Positions 51,248 to 61,105 of a DNA stretch of 64,000 bases are shown in pieces. The translations under genes were made by a program, and so were the position numbers. This stretch comes from an uncultured Verrucomicrobiae bacterium. Its GTDB lineage: Bacteria > Verrucomicrobiota > Verrucomicrobiia > Chthoniobacterales > JAFAMB01. Positions within the stretch are counted from its first letter, which is position 1. Each line of letters begins with the position of its first letter. The notes beneath the pieces are model-generated. The model did not search any database, was not told the origin of the DNA, and saw only the letters and a program-made list of their open reading frames with translations. The DNA lies in contig CAWIPH010000002.1 in the NCBI GenBank assembly GCA_963837955.1, positions 32,001 through 96,000 on the forward strand, read 5' to 3'.

Positions 51248-52861
51248 TCAAGGTCGCTTCCACTGTTGCAAGTAACAACCAGCTCCACTGTCGAGCGTTT
51301 CAAAGGAACTTGGGTCAAATGGAGGGAAATGATCGTAGGGTGGGGTAATGAGAGTTCCAAAAAAATAGATACGACTATGCTTCTCCGCCATAGCAGCAGG
51401 CTCGATCGTCTTGTCGAACGTGTGAAATTTGCCCGTAAAAATTGAGAAGAAGTAAGCGTTCGGATATCTCTCGGCCAGAACTCGCGAAAAATAGTTCGCG
51501 ACGTTTTCATTGCCTAGGCAAAGCGCAAACTCTGGCGACGGACACCGATAATAATCGGCCCTGGGACCGTCTTTGGTTTCGCAGAGTGCTCGCCGATACA
51601 AAGCGAGCTGCGCCTGTCTGTTCGATTTTAGACCGGTGTATATTTGGCGCGTCTGGGCCGCGACGGTCTGATATCCAAAAGTACAAAGAGAAATTATACC
51701 GATGCCGACGATGAGCCAGGCCAGAGGCTTCGGGGCGCCCTTTTGCGTAAGTATCCGGTATAACAAAGCAACGTTAAGACCGGTACTCAGAAACAACGGA
51801 ATCAGGTAATAGTTGAACGGATGCTTGGCAATTATCAGATAGCCTATGGCTTGACAGACAAGAACGCAGCATATTGGCCAACGAAAACGATTGGGTTGAA
51901 AGGCAGTCTTAGCTGACGGAAACACCAGCACCAAAATAGTGGCCGCCGTGGTAAGTATCGGCATCCAGACGACCAGCGGATCGGTGGTATAAAGATTGGA
52001 GATAGACTTGAAGTACTCTTCTGAGCTGGGAAGTCCGACCGAACCGGTGCCGTATGGTCGCGAGTGAGTAAGAATCCCGAAAAACCAGCCAAAAAGCTTT
52101 GGCAGCTCTTGGTAAATCGGAATCAACGCGACTACGGCGGTACCAATAAATAGCAGAAAGAATAAGCCGCGCTTTTTCCACCCTCTGAGGCATAGGCAGG
52201 TGATGAGCAGGATAGGAAAGAACGTGAGCTTGGTTACAATCCCGATACCGCATAGCACCCCAGCTAAAGCGACAACTCTGTTGTCCTGAGCTGCGGTTTC
52301 GGCCTGGTGAACTAGCCATAGCACCAATGCGACATCAGCAATCGCTAGTCCGACCAGCATTGGTTCCGCGATAAAGAAAATGCTATAGAACAAAAGAGTG
52401 GCGAAGCACAACAGCGGCAGTTGCAGAAATAGTGTCTGAGGGTAGCTCTTGATGCGTGATCCGACAAACCAAGGAACGAGCCACGCTAACGCGCCGGAAC
52501 CTATCAGCACGCTCCAGTGTAGCACCTTCAGAAAAGACTCCGGATCTTTAATCACAGCATGGTTGAGGTCACTACCGGAACCGTGACCGGATAGTCGCAG
52601 AATCGCTGCACCATACAACATTAACGTGGTCCCTGGATGTTGGTACATGACCGGACGCCCGGTTTCTGCGACCAATAAGGAATTAAATAAGTATTGGTAG
52701 GGTCCGTCGGAGTTGTAAGCCAGCCATTGCGGCCCGGCAGCGCGGGTAAGCTGGGCCACGATAAGGACGAACGCCAGCGGTATGACAAGGAAGATCGGCA
52801 GCCAGATCAGGCTTTGCCCCTGGCGATGCCCGGAGCTTGTTCCGACTTGGGTTCCTTCCAT
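51248..52861 (-). CDS. Polytopic membrane protein, GT-C-like (paralogue 3)
   Basis: GPQWLAYNSDGPYQYLFNSLL, HPGTT, TKLTFFP, AKH, RADYYR. Confidence 0.7.
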   Translation of the reverse strand: MEGTQVGTSSGHRQGQSLIWLPIFLVIPLAFVLIVAQLTRAAGPQWLAYNSDGPYQYLFNSLLVAETGRPVMYQHPGTTLMLYGAAILRLSGHGSGSDLNHAVIKDPESFLKVLHWSVLIGSGALAWLVPWFVGSRIKSYPQTLFLQLPLLCFATLLFYSIFFIAEPMLVGLAIADVALVLWLVHQAETAAQDNRVVALAGVLCGIGIVTKLTFFPILLITCLCLRGWKKRGLFFLLFIGTAVVALIPIYQELPKLFGWFFGILTHSRPYGTGSVGLPSSEEYFKSISNLYTTDPLVVWMPILTTAATILVLVFPSAKTAFQPNRFRWPICCVLVCQAIGYLIIAKHPFNYYLIPLFLSTGLNVALLYRILTQKGAPKPLAWLIVGIGIISLCTFGYQTVAAQTRQIYTGLKSNRQAQLALYRRALCETKDGPRADYYRCPSPEFALCLGNENVANYFSRVLAERYPNAYFFSIFTGKFHTFDKTIEPAAMAEKHSRIYFFGTLITPPYDHFPPFDPSSFETLDSGAGCYLQQWKRP

Positions 52862-52884
52862 GTTACTAACTCCTCAGATCTCAA

Positions 52885-53859
52885 TCATGCTCGCTTCTCA
52901 AAAACCCAGGGATTTGTATGTAACCAATCGACTGTTTTCTCGATCGCCTCTCGGATACTGAGGGTTGCCTGCCAGCCGGTCGATCTAATTTTAGCGGTCT
53001 CGAGAAAAATGAACGGGTTATCTCCTACCCAGCCCCGTTTCCCTCCGGTGAATTCGAGTGTAGGGTTCACTCCGAGTCGCGTGCAGATCCAAGAAATCGA
53101 GTCCTTAACGGTGCAATAATCTGGGGCACCCAGATTGTATACTTCACACCGATGGCGAGTTCCTTTGGCCGTTTCGCGTTCCATGACATGCAGAATCGCT
53201 GAGACACAGTCTTGCACGTAAAGATAGGATTTCCGCTGAGTGCCGTCACCTAACACTCGCAACCGCGATGGATCGTGCATCAATTGTTTATAAAAATCGA
53301 ATACGTGCCCGTGCGTGTACCGTTCGCCTAAGATCGATACGAATCGGAAAACATAGCCTTCAAAACCGTACCCTTCGCAATAGGCTTGAATCAATCCTTC
53401 ACCCGCGACCTTGGAAGCACCATACAAGGATGTCTGAATCGGAAAAGGGGCATCTTCGGGTGTCGGTATCACGGCGGCTTCGCCATAGACTGAGCCGGTC
53501 GAGGAGAAGGCGATTCTCTTGATGCCGTTTGCTCGCATCGCTTCGAGCACGTTGAACGTGGCGATCGTATTTTGCTGAAGATCTTTTTGCGGATGGTCGA
53601 GGCCGAACCGAACATCGGCGTTGGCCGCCAAATGAAACACCGTATCACAGCCTTTCATGGCTGAATTTAGAGCATCCAGTTCGAGATTATCACCGAGCTT
53701 GAGTACGAATTGTGGGTGATTTTCGATCCGCTCTATAAAGCGTCTTTGGCCCGTGGAAAAGTTGTCCCAACCGATCACCTTAAAGCCATCTTTCAGTAGC
53801 CGGTCGCAGAGATTACTCCCAATAAATCCGGCGGCACCAGTAACGAAGGCGGATTGCAT
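52885..53859 (-). CDS. NAD-dependent sugar epimerase (UDP-glucose 4-epimerase-like extended SDR)
   Basis: VTGAAGFIG, HLAANADVR, SSTGSVYG, YGASK, GWVGD. Confidence 0.92.
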   Translation of the reverse strand: MQSAFVTGAAGFIGSNLCDRLLKDGFKVIGWDNFSTGQRRFIERIENHPQFVLKLGDNLELDALNSAMKGCDTVFHLAANADVRFGLDHPQKDLQQNTIATFNVLEAMRANGIKRIAFSSTGSVYGEAAVIPTPEDAPFPIQTSLYGASKVAGEGLIQAYCEGYGFEGYVFRFVSILGERYTHGHVFDFYKQLMHDPSRLRVLGDGTQRKSYLYVQDCVSAILHVMERETAKGTRHRCEVYNLGAPDYCTVKDSISWICTRLGVNPTLEFTGGKRGWVGDNPFIFLETAKIRSTGWQATLSIREAIEKTVDWLHTNPWVFEKRA

Positions 53860-53865
53860 GACTAA

Positions 53866-54675
53866 TCAGCGGCCGCCTGCTGACCTTGCGCTTTCAAGTG
53901 GTTTTGGAGATAAGGTTATCCCGATGCAGAGATTACAAAACACGAGAGGCAACGGAACCGGGAAAAATGTGCGGTGCCTCACGTCGAAGAATTTCTGCAA
54001 CTCAGGAAATATTTCCGCCGGCTTATTGAGATGCTCGCGCTCAATTAGCCACTGATACGATTGCTTATAACGTCGCTCGAAAACCCGCTGCGCCGAGATG
54101 CGGCGAGCGAGCGTGTAAGCAAAACTGCCCTCGCACGGAATGACGACGGATAAGCTACCAGTCGATTTATCACAGAGGCGGTATAATTCGCTTATAGCGC
54201 TAGGTAAATTGGGAAGGTGTTCGAGCACGTGCACGGCCAAAATTCGATCGAAGTGACCATCCGGAAAAGGCAACCGTTCTTGACAATCTCCGAGCACAGC
54301 TTGAACGCCCGGAAACCGGTTCCGAATCGATTCGACCATGTTCGGGCGGAGCTCAAGCGCGACGTACTCCCTTTCTTGTTCCGGCAATAAATGCTCATAT
54401 TTTAGATGTTCACCGAGCCCCGCGCCTATCTCCAAGGTCCGCGAAAACTTCTTAGGTGCATGCCTGACCGGGTAGCGATGGTTAAACTCATCAACAACTC
54501 CATACCGCCTGGGCAGAACTTCATGCCAATGCTTCATGAAGTCGTCGCTGATCCGCTTCTGTTCAGCTGTCAGCTCGGGAAAAATCTTTGGCCATTTACC
54601 GGCGGATTCAGTGGCTTTGGCGATTTTTGGCGTATGAGGACTGGGTTTCACTGTGGAGTCGGGAAGGGTACTCAA
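53866..54675 (-). CDS. Class I SAM-dependent methyltransferase
   Basis: LEIGAGLG, LPFPDGHFD, HVLEH, VIPCEG. Confidence 0.88.
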   Translation of the reverse strand: MSTLPDSTVKPSPHTPKIAKATESAGKWPKIFPELTAEQKRISDDFMKHWHEVLPRRYGVVDEFNHRYPVRHAPKKFSRTLEIGAGLGEHLKYEHLLPEQEREYVALELRPNMVESIRNRFPGVQAVLGDCQERLPFPDGHFDRILAVHVLEHLPNLPSAISELYRLCDKSTGSLSVVIPCEGSFAYTLARRISAQRVFERRYKQSYQWLIEREHLNKPAEIFPELQKFFDVRHRTFFPVPLPLVFCNLCIGITLSPKPLESARSAGGR

Positions 54676-56429
54676 GGTGGATAATTGACGGCGGATTTTA
54701 TTGAATACCAGGTAGAAGCCGAATTTGCTCGGGTTAGGTTGAGGAATTCTCGAGACGGTTTCAGAGGAGGAAAAGGAGTCTTCGGGAAAGGCTTTGGTTC
54801 GAAAATTCTATCGCCGATAGTCAGTGGTTCGCTTGATCGCCGGTATTTCCCGTTTACGGCCTGAAAGAATATAAAACGATGGTCTTCGATTATCGGCCAC
54901 AATGCGGGGTCCCAGATAGGAGTATGCAAAAGCAGCCCACGAGGGGAAGCTTCGATCGGACATCCCTTCCAAAAGGTGTAAACCCTTGGCGGATGTAGCC
55001 AGGACTTCGGCATCTGGCAGAAATAAGCGAGTCCCAGCGGTTCGTAGTTGACCTGACCAAAAGGAGGAAATCCTTCGGTGGTAGCCCCAACGGTCGGGTC
55101 GTCAGCGAGCTGGAAGAGGATGATCTCCCCGTCCGCGATATCACCGCAGTCGCTCAAGATATCCTCCCAGAAAGATCTCTCTCTACTCCATTCGCGAACG
55201 TATTGGGTTCGTTGAATCTCGAAGCCAAATGCTATTAAGGTTCCTATTAAGAGCGAGGAACCTAGGACAAGGCCAGATCTACCGAATGAATTAGTCGACC
55301 GCTCAGCCAGAGCGAACAACGCGCCGATAAAGAGTGCACCGCCGACAGCTCCTACAGAGTGAACTGCCGAAAGACGGCCAATAGAAACAATGGGTGGGTA
55401 GTATCCCGGACGAAATGCTAAGGCGTAGCTTATTGCCCAACTAATGGCGCCTGCTAAAGCGACGAACGCGAGTTCGTGGACATGCCTTGGCTCAGACTCT
55501 TTCTCATCTCCGTCACGCAGATTTTCGCCAATTCGTTGAGGATTTACGCGAAAAAGAATCAATGCAACGATCGACGCACTCACGACGATTATGAGCCACT
55601 CTGTGACGTCGCTGTGCCCGAGTGCGTCCAGCGGACGGATCGCCATCATTTTGAGTGAATTGAGCGGTCCCTGAACGCAAGCCTGCACGATTCTAGGCAG
55701 TATTTCCCGAAAAGTTCCCAATGTTGTTGCCGCTCGCTCTTCGCCGAGCAGTCCTCTTACGAAGACGACCATTGCCGCGAAAAGGAAAAAAACCAGACTG
55801 TGAACGAAAAAATTGCGGACGGGTTTTCTAGGTGGCTGAACAGCCAAAAGGGGAGCGATGATAAAGGGTAGATAAGTGCTCTCGTAGGTTAGCAGCAGGC
55901 AGCCCGCCAATCCGAACGCCAGAATGCGCCGATGATTGCGATAAAGAAATAAGGCAAGGAGAAGACCAGTGATCGGCAGCAGTATCGCCGCCTGGTGCAT
56001 CAAGATCTGGCGCGAAGTGTCAATTGGATAGAGCACGAACACCAAACCCGCGAAGAGAGAGCTGCGCCGACCCAGCAGCGGAAGTAGCAGCCGATAGACT
56101 AAGTAGCCGTTTAGTCCCACCACGCTGGAGCTGAACAGGTAGGCGGGTCCGAGGTTCCCTTGGTGGGCAAAGAGTGCGGCTAATCCCGGTTGGAGGGTAT
56201 AGTAAATCGGACGGCCTTGAGGAAACTGCGTGAAGGCGGCTATCAACTGGTCGAGCCAACCGTGAAACGATAACTTCGACCACGGAAGCGTGTAGACAAA
56301 ATCGTCTTCGTACAGTCCGAAAAACGAGAAACACAGAAAATGAGCTACAAAGGCAGTTCCCGCAATTAACGCTAGGGCTTCCCCACCTCGAAACCTCCCT
56401 GGGAATGCCTGTATGGTTTTATCCGTCAC
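54672..56429 (-). CDS. Polytopic membrane protein, GT-C-like
   Basis: GLYEDD after TM1 (acidic pair as in GT-C), GRP, LYP, LTYE; about 11 TM segments; directly follows a GtrB-like GT2. Confidence 0.68.
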   Translation of the reverse strand: MTDKTIQAFPGRFRGGEALALIAGTAFVAHFLCFSFFGLYEDDFVYTLPWSKLSFHGWLDQLIAAFTQFPQGRPIYYTLQPGLAALFAHQGNLGPAYLFSSSVVGLNGYLVYRLLLPLLGRRSSLFAGLVFVLYPIDTSRQILMHQAAILLPITGLLLALFLYRNHRRILAFGLAGCLLLTYESTYLPFIIAPLLAVQPPRKPVRNFFVHSLVFFLFAAMVVFVRGLLGEERAATTLGTFREILPRIVQACVQGPLNSLKMMAIRPLDALGHSDVTEWLIIVVSASIVALILFRVNPQRIGENLRDGDEKESEPRHVHELAFVALAGAISWAISYALAFRPGYYPPIVSIGRLSAVHSVGAVGGALFIGALFALAERSTNSFGRSGLVLGSSLLIGTLIAFGFEIQRTQYVREWSRERSFWEDILSDCGDIADGEIILFQLADDPTVGATTEGFPPFGQVNYEPLGLAYFCQMPKSWLHPPRVYTFWKGCPIEASPRGLLLHTPIWDPALWPIIEDHRFIFFQAVNGKYRRSSEPLTIGDRIFEPKPFPKTPFPPLKPSREFLNLTRANSASTWYSIKSAVNYPP

Positions 56430-56461
56430 CGGGGGTGATTTAATCTCGCGCGCTAAGGTTA

Positions 56462-57484
56462 TTAATGGTTCTGGATCCGGTCCGCTGTAACGTTTTCCGT
56501 GTTACGCGTGACCGCTGCCTCCGAGCGAGCCTCGAACCCGTAGCTTGATTCAACGATGAAGCGAGGACGAGCCCGAACCTCTTCATATATGCGACCGATA
56601 TACTCGCCGAGAATCCCGATGCTGATCAGTTGGACACCGCCAAGAAACAAAACCATGACGACGATCGTCGGATTGCCCAGCGGGAAAGGGAATCCGCAAA
56701 TTTTTAGGATGGCATAAGCCATTCCGATAAAAAACGAGGAGAGCGCGATTACGAAACCGGCTTGGGTACTCAGGGTTAGGGCATAATTGGAGAAACAGAA
56801 AAGTCCGTTGAATCCAATTCGGAGAGAACCTAGCAAGCGATTGTAGTTACCCTGGCCGGCAAAGCGCGGCGGCCGATCGAATTGGATCGACGTTTGGCGA
56901 AAGCCCACAACCGCGACCATTCCGCGCAAGAATCCGTGACACTCTTTCAGCCGGTTGATCTCATCGACGACCTTTCGACTCATCAGACGGAAGTCACCAG
57001 TATTTGGGGGTATTTCTACATCGGCAATCCGATTGATGATCTTGTACCCGACCGCCGAAACGATTTTCTTGATCCAGGTCTCTCCGTCTCGGTTTCGTCT
57101 CTGCGCATAAACGACATCGAACCCCTCCTGCCATTTTCGGAACATCTCTGTCACCAACTCGGGCGGATCTTGCAGATCGACATCCATGACCACTACGGCC
57201 TCCCCCCGCGCGTACTGCAGCCCAGCTAAGGTTGCCATAGGTTGGCCGAAGCGCCTGGAAAAGGTAATCAGCTTGATCCGGTCGTCTTTGGCGCGCGCCG
57301 CCATGATTCTCTCCTGAGTCTTGTCTGGAGAAGGATCTAGGGCAAAAATGATCTCGAATCGGGAAGTAAGGCCGGAGAGCAGCGGCACAATTCGGCTGAC
57401 AAACTCATCGACATTGCCCTCTTCCTTGTAGACTGGAACTACGATACTGAGAGATGGGCTGTTGGTCTGCATCGTCGGAAACAT
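56462..57484 (-). CDS. GT2 bactoprenol glycosyltransferase (GtrB/CsbB-like)
   Basis: SIVVPVYKEE, SRRFGQ, MDVDLQDPPE, GDFRLMSR, IGILGEYIGRIYEEVRARP. Confidence 0.92.
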   Translation of the reverse strand: MFPTMQTNSPSLSIVVPVYKEEGNVDEFVSRIVPLLSGLTSRFEIIFALDPSPDKTQERIMAARAKDDRIKLITFSRRFGQPMATLAGLQYARGEAVVVMDVDLQDPPELVTEMFRKWQEGFDVVYAQRRNRDGETWIKKIVSAVGYKIINRIADVEIPPNTGDFRLMSRKVVDEINRLKECHGFLRGMVAVVGFRQTSIQFDRPPRFAGQGNYNRLLGSLRIGFNGLFCFSNYALTLSTQAGFVIALSSFFIGMAYAILKICGFPFPLGNPTIVVMVLFLGGVQLISIGILGEYIGRIYEEVRARPRFIVESSYGFEARSEAAVTRNTENVTADRIQNH

Positions 57485-57536
57485 CGTTCATTCAAGCAAA
57501 AGGACACTTTCTCAAGGAGTTTCTTTCGAAGACATA

Positions 57537-57664
57537 GGCAACGTAGCCTGATGCTCCAGCCTCAGGGAGCGGGTCAGTGATCGGTGATAGTGATTAGTGA
57601 GAGGACCGTGGGAGGGTGCAGCCGCGCCCTGGGTTCCTGAGGCGGAGCATCAGGCTACGTTGCC
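57537..57664. repeat. GTAG-type REP doublet (same arms as 3532-3597, different spacer)
   Basis: GGCAACGTAGCCTGATGCTCC(A)GCCTCAGG...CCTGAGGCGGAGCATCAGGCTACGTTGCC. Confidence 0.88.
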
Positions 57665-57715
57665 CCACGCGCATGCGCGTCCATAAAGGCCGACGTCTAG
57701 TTCTCTGGGGAGGGG

Positions 57716-57767
57716 AGGGAGGGACGCGTCCTCGTGCTCCGCGGATCACGAGGACGTGATCCCTCCC
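57716..57767. repeat. GGGAGGGA hairpin element (related arms at about 6857-6975)
   Basis: GGGAGGGACGCGTCCTCGTG...CACGAGGACGTGATCCCTCCC. Confidence 0.7.
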
Positions 57768-57898
57768 CCCGGTTTTAACCCCGGGAAAGGCAATCCGGTA
57801 AAGATTCCCCGGCTGTTTTGGGATCTTTTCGAACCAAGCGGCTCAACGTCCTGGTTCACGCTTCGGTCGGTAAAAACTCTCCGCCCTGGTGATGAGCG

Positions 57899-58828
57899 TT
57901 AGGAACTCAGCGTCGTTCGAATCGCTTCTTCCTGGCTAGCGGTCATAACCCGGTGAGCGGCCCACTCGTCGATTGGCATTTCCGCTGAGTCTTCCTGGTC
58001 TTCACCAACACTTTCTAGACGCGTTTTCTTCAAAGCCTTTCGGTCTCGGTAAGCGTCATCGAGTTTTTGCCGGAACTCTGCGTACAATTGTTCGTCGCTC
58101 CGGTCGGCCGTCAAAACCCGTTTCCCAACGGCGTCTTCTTCATTGAGCCAACGCAAAATCCTTTTTCTCTTCGTGACATTGAGCGCGGGCATCCAACCCA
58201 TCCAAAGCTTGAGTCCGACTTGCTTTAGCTTGGCGTTGAGGACTTCGAGGCTCTTGCCCATTTCATCGACAATTCCCACAAAAAAGAATCGCTCCAAAAT
58301 GAGCCGAGCCACCGGGTAACTATTCACTCCATATTCCGATTGGTCGCCTAAACCGTGCTCCGCCATCGTCACGGGATTACAAAGGAAACGGGTCTGAGGC
58401 GACTGCTCGGCTCCCTCATTCTGATCCAGGTAATATTCCGTTAAATCGCGCAGGGAAAGATCCGGCGTATTCTGAGGCCAACCGCGCTGCACTTCGGCCG
58501 AAAGAACAGGGAAATTGCGTTTCATGTAAGCGGCTAAAGAAACCAGGCGCTCGGCCGGTCGCCGCAGCATGGTGATGTAGCAGGCTCGTCTCGGTCCTAG
58601 CTTAACCGGGAACATGCGCAAGTTATGAGACGTCATCGATTGCAGCCATGGATTTACTCGAATGAGAGTCTGCAAATCCTCGACGCTAAGGATAAATTGA
58701 GGATCCGGGTGGTAATGATGAAAATGGAGAGTATCGAACGATCTGCGAAATCGGTCACTTAAACTAATCCCAGCAGTCTTAGGGATGTGAGAATGCAGGA
58801 TGACCGGTGTATGTGGGAGGCCTTTCAT
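57899..58828 (-). CDS. Sulfotransferase (HxPKTAG type)
   Basis: HSHIPKTAG, ITMLRRP...S, QTRFL, FFVGIVD, DEQLY. Confidence 0.85.
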   Translation of the reverse strand: MKGLPHTPVILHSHIPKTAGISLSDRFRRSFDTLHFHHYHPDPQFILSVEDLQTLIRVNPWLQSMTSHNLRMFPVKLGPRRACYITMLRRPAERLVSLAAYMKRNFPVLSAEVQRGWPQNTPDLSLRDLTEYYLDQNEGAEQSPQTRFLCNPVTMAEHGLGDQSEYGVNSYPVARLILERFFFVGIVDEMGKSLEVLNAKLKQVGLKLWMGWMPALNVTKRKRILRWLNEEDAVGKRVLTADRSDEQLYAEFRQKLDDAYRDRKALKKTRLESVGEDQEDSAEMPIDEWAAHRVMTASQEEAIRTTLSS

Positions 58829-59075
58829 GCTCCTGAAGTATTTCGCGTGTCAAATGTTGCCAAGATCTGCCCGTGATGACGCGTCGCGCGGAAAATGTCA
58901 CTACAAATTTCAAAACTGGCCCCCGATTTTTGTCATTGGTCCTTGAGTCACTACAATCGCCGTTATTACTAAGTAAGCTGCTCGATGAAACAGAAGGTTA
59001 GCAATGATGGTACTAACGCCTGCGAAGGAACCGGGTTCAGATCACAGAAAGACAGTCTTGCCAGGCTCCCAGACT

Positions 59076-59394
59076 CTTCTTTTGAACAGGAGGAAAAACA
59101 GAGCAAACGGAGAGCCAGGTTTCGGTCTCGTCCGTGAGGGAGAATCCAGATTTTGAACAGAAGGTAGCAAAGGAAGCAAAGACAGAGGGTCGGAAAGGTG
59201 CAGGTTGACCCAAGAAAAGCGATACGTTCGGGTATTCGCTGAGTACATCCTACAAAAACGAAATTTAACGTTAGGCAATGCTACGTAATCGGCTGAAACT
59301 TTGCTACCTTCTGTTTAGAGATCTGGATTCTTCCCCATGGAGGAGACCGAAACCTGGTTCCCGGTTTGCTCTGTTTCCTCCTGTTCAAAAGAAG
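59076..59394. repeat. Long imperfect inverted repeat (arms about 96 bp, spacer about 126 bp)
   Basis: 59076-59172 is an imperfect reverse complement of 59299-59394. Confidence 0.85.
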
Positions 59395-59670
59395 AAACGG
59401 GGAGCGTCGTGGCACGTTTCCAGACCATTGTTTATCCGGGTCTGGTTGCGGCTACACTGCGCGGTGAAGCGAAGAAAGAATAGCCGCGAAAGAACACAAA
59501 GATCGCAAAAGATTTGCCAGATTGAGGTTCCTCTCTTTGTACTACACTGGTTTCAAGGCTTGTTTTTTGGCGAGGATTTCGGAGGTACTCTTTTTCAGAC
59601 CAGCCGGATAAGCAGCTGACCAAGGCAATCAGAAATACGAAAGAGATTTTAAACAGAAGCTAGTAAAGGA

Positions 59671-59795
59671 AGAGTAGCCTGATGCTCCGCCTCGGGAATC
59701 CAAGGCGCGCCAATCTCCTGAGGCGGAGCATCAGGCTACGCTACCTTTGCGAGGATTTTCACCCAATCACCAATCACTTCTCACTAATCACTGTG
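59671..59795. repeat. 125-bp REP/REPIN-like element, copy 2
   Basis: Reverse complement of 3476-3600 with 3 mismatches. Confidence 0.9.
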
Positions 59796-59815
59796 CTTGC
59801 GTGTATCCCGTACTT

Positions 59816-61105
59816 ATGAAAATTGTCGTGCTCGGTCTCTGGCACCTCGGCTGCGTTACGGCTGCTTGCGCGGCCAAGTTTGAATCTGTCATAGGCCTCG
59901 ATTTTGATCCTTTGGTGGTCGCGCAGCTTCGGAATGGGAAACCGCCTCTGTTCGAACCTGGTCTAGCGGAGCTGGTCAACGAGGGTCTTCAGAGCGGACG
60001 CCTAACGTTCTCCGATGATCCTGCCTCTGCCTGTCGAGAGGCGGATTTACTTTGGGTCTGCTACGACACTCCAGTTGACGAGAACGACGTTGCCGATTTG
60101 GCCCCAGTGATGGACGGGATTGGACGCTGTGCGGCGTTCCTCCGTGCCGGAAGCTTTGTGCTTGTTTCGTCTCAGGTGCCGGCTGGAACCTGTCGCGAGC
60201 TACAGGACGCGCATCCGCATCTCCGTTTCGCTTATTCTCCGGAGAATCTTCGCTTGGGCAAAGCGATCGGAATATTTCTGCAGGCGGATCGCATCATCTT
60301 GGGCGTGAGAACGCCGGAAGATGCTGCCGCGCTCACACCACTTCTAAATCATTTCACTAACAACCTCATTGTGGTTGGTGTGGAATCCGCGGAAATGATC
60401 AAGCACGCGATTAACACGTTCCTGGCTGGTTCGATCACGTTCATGAACGAGATTTCGCGAATTTGTGAGTGGGTTGGCGCGGATGCAAAGGAGGTAGAGC
60501 GAGGCTTAAAATCAGAGACCCGGATTGGTCCGGGAGCATACCTTTCACCGGGCGGACCTTTTGCCGGTGGAACCCTAGCCCGAGACGTGGTCACCCTGAC
60601 GAAAATCGCACGGGACAAAGGCGAACCGCTGGTTCTAATTCCCGCCATCAAACTGAGTAATGATCAACACAAACTCTGGGCGATCCAAAAGCTCCGGGAA
60701 GAACTGGGTGAGCTGGCTGGCAAGGTTGTAGCGATCTTAGGGGTTACCTATAAGCCCGGAACCGACACATTACGGCGAAGTTTGGCGATCGAGCTGTGCC
60801 GTTGGCTACTCCAAGAAGGGGCAAACGTGCGAGCATATGATCCCATCGTCGCTGCGCTTCCGGCTGAACTGGCAGGTATCGCGCTTTCCCGCAACCTGGA
60901 AGAGGTGGTAGCGGGCGCGGCCGCTGCGGTAGTCTGTACAGAATGGCCGCAAATCCGTGAAACTGACTGGGAAAAAATCCAAGCAAACGAGCTCGTGGTC
61001 ATTGATGCCAATGGGTTTCTTGCGGCGGTAATTGAGCACCGCACAGGAGTGACCTATCGCCAGGTCGGAAAACCGAAGAAGGAGATCTCACGCAAAGACA
61101 CATAA
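59816..61105 (+). CDS. UDP-glucose/GDP-mannose dehydrogenase-family protein lacking the catalytic Cys
   Basis: VLGLWHLG, EPGL, DTP, SPENLR.G, AEMIKH..N, FAGGTLARD, LGVTYKPGTD.LR.S, YDP. Confidence 0.88.
   Translation: MKIVVLGLWHLGCVTAACAAKFESVIGLDFDPLVVAQLRNGKPPLFEPGLAELVNEGLQSGRLTFSDDPASACREADLLWVCYDTPVDENDVADLAPVMDGIGRCAAFLRAGSFVLVSSQVPAGTCRELQDAHPHLRFAYSPENLRLGKAIGIFLQADRIILGVRTPEDAAALTPLLNHFTNNLIVVGVESAEMIKHAINTFLAGSITFMNEISRICEWVGADAKEVERGLKSETRIGPGAYLSPGGPFAGGTLARDVVTLTKIARDKGEPLVLIPAIKLSNDQHKLWAIQKLREELGELAGKVVAILGVTYKPGTDTLRRSLAIELCRWLLQEGANVRAYDPIVAALPAELAGIALSRNLEEVVAGAAAAVVCTEWPQIRETDWEKIQANELVVIDANGFLAAVIEHRTGVTYRQVGKPKKEISRKDT

Noticed and set aside
59042..59623. Short ORFs in the 58.8-59.8 kb gap
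   Set aside because: They are built from the inverted-repeat arms, with no RBS or domain support.
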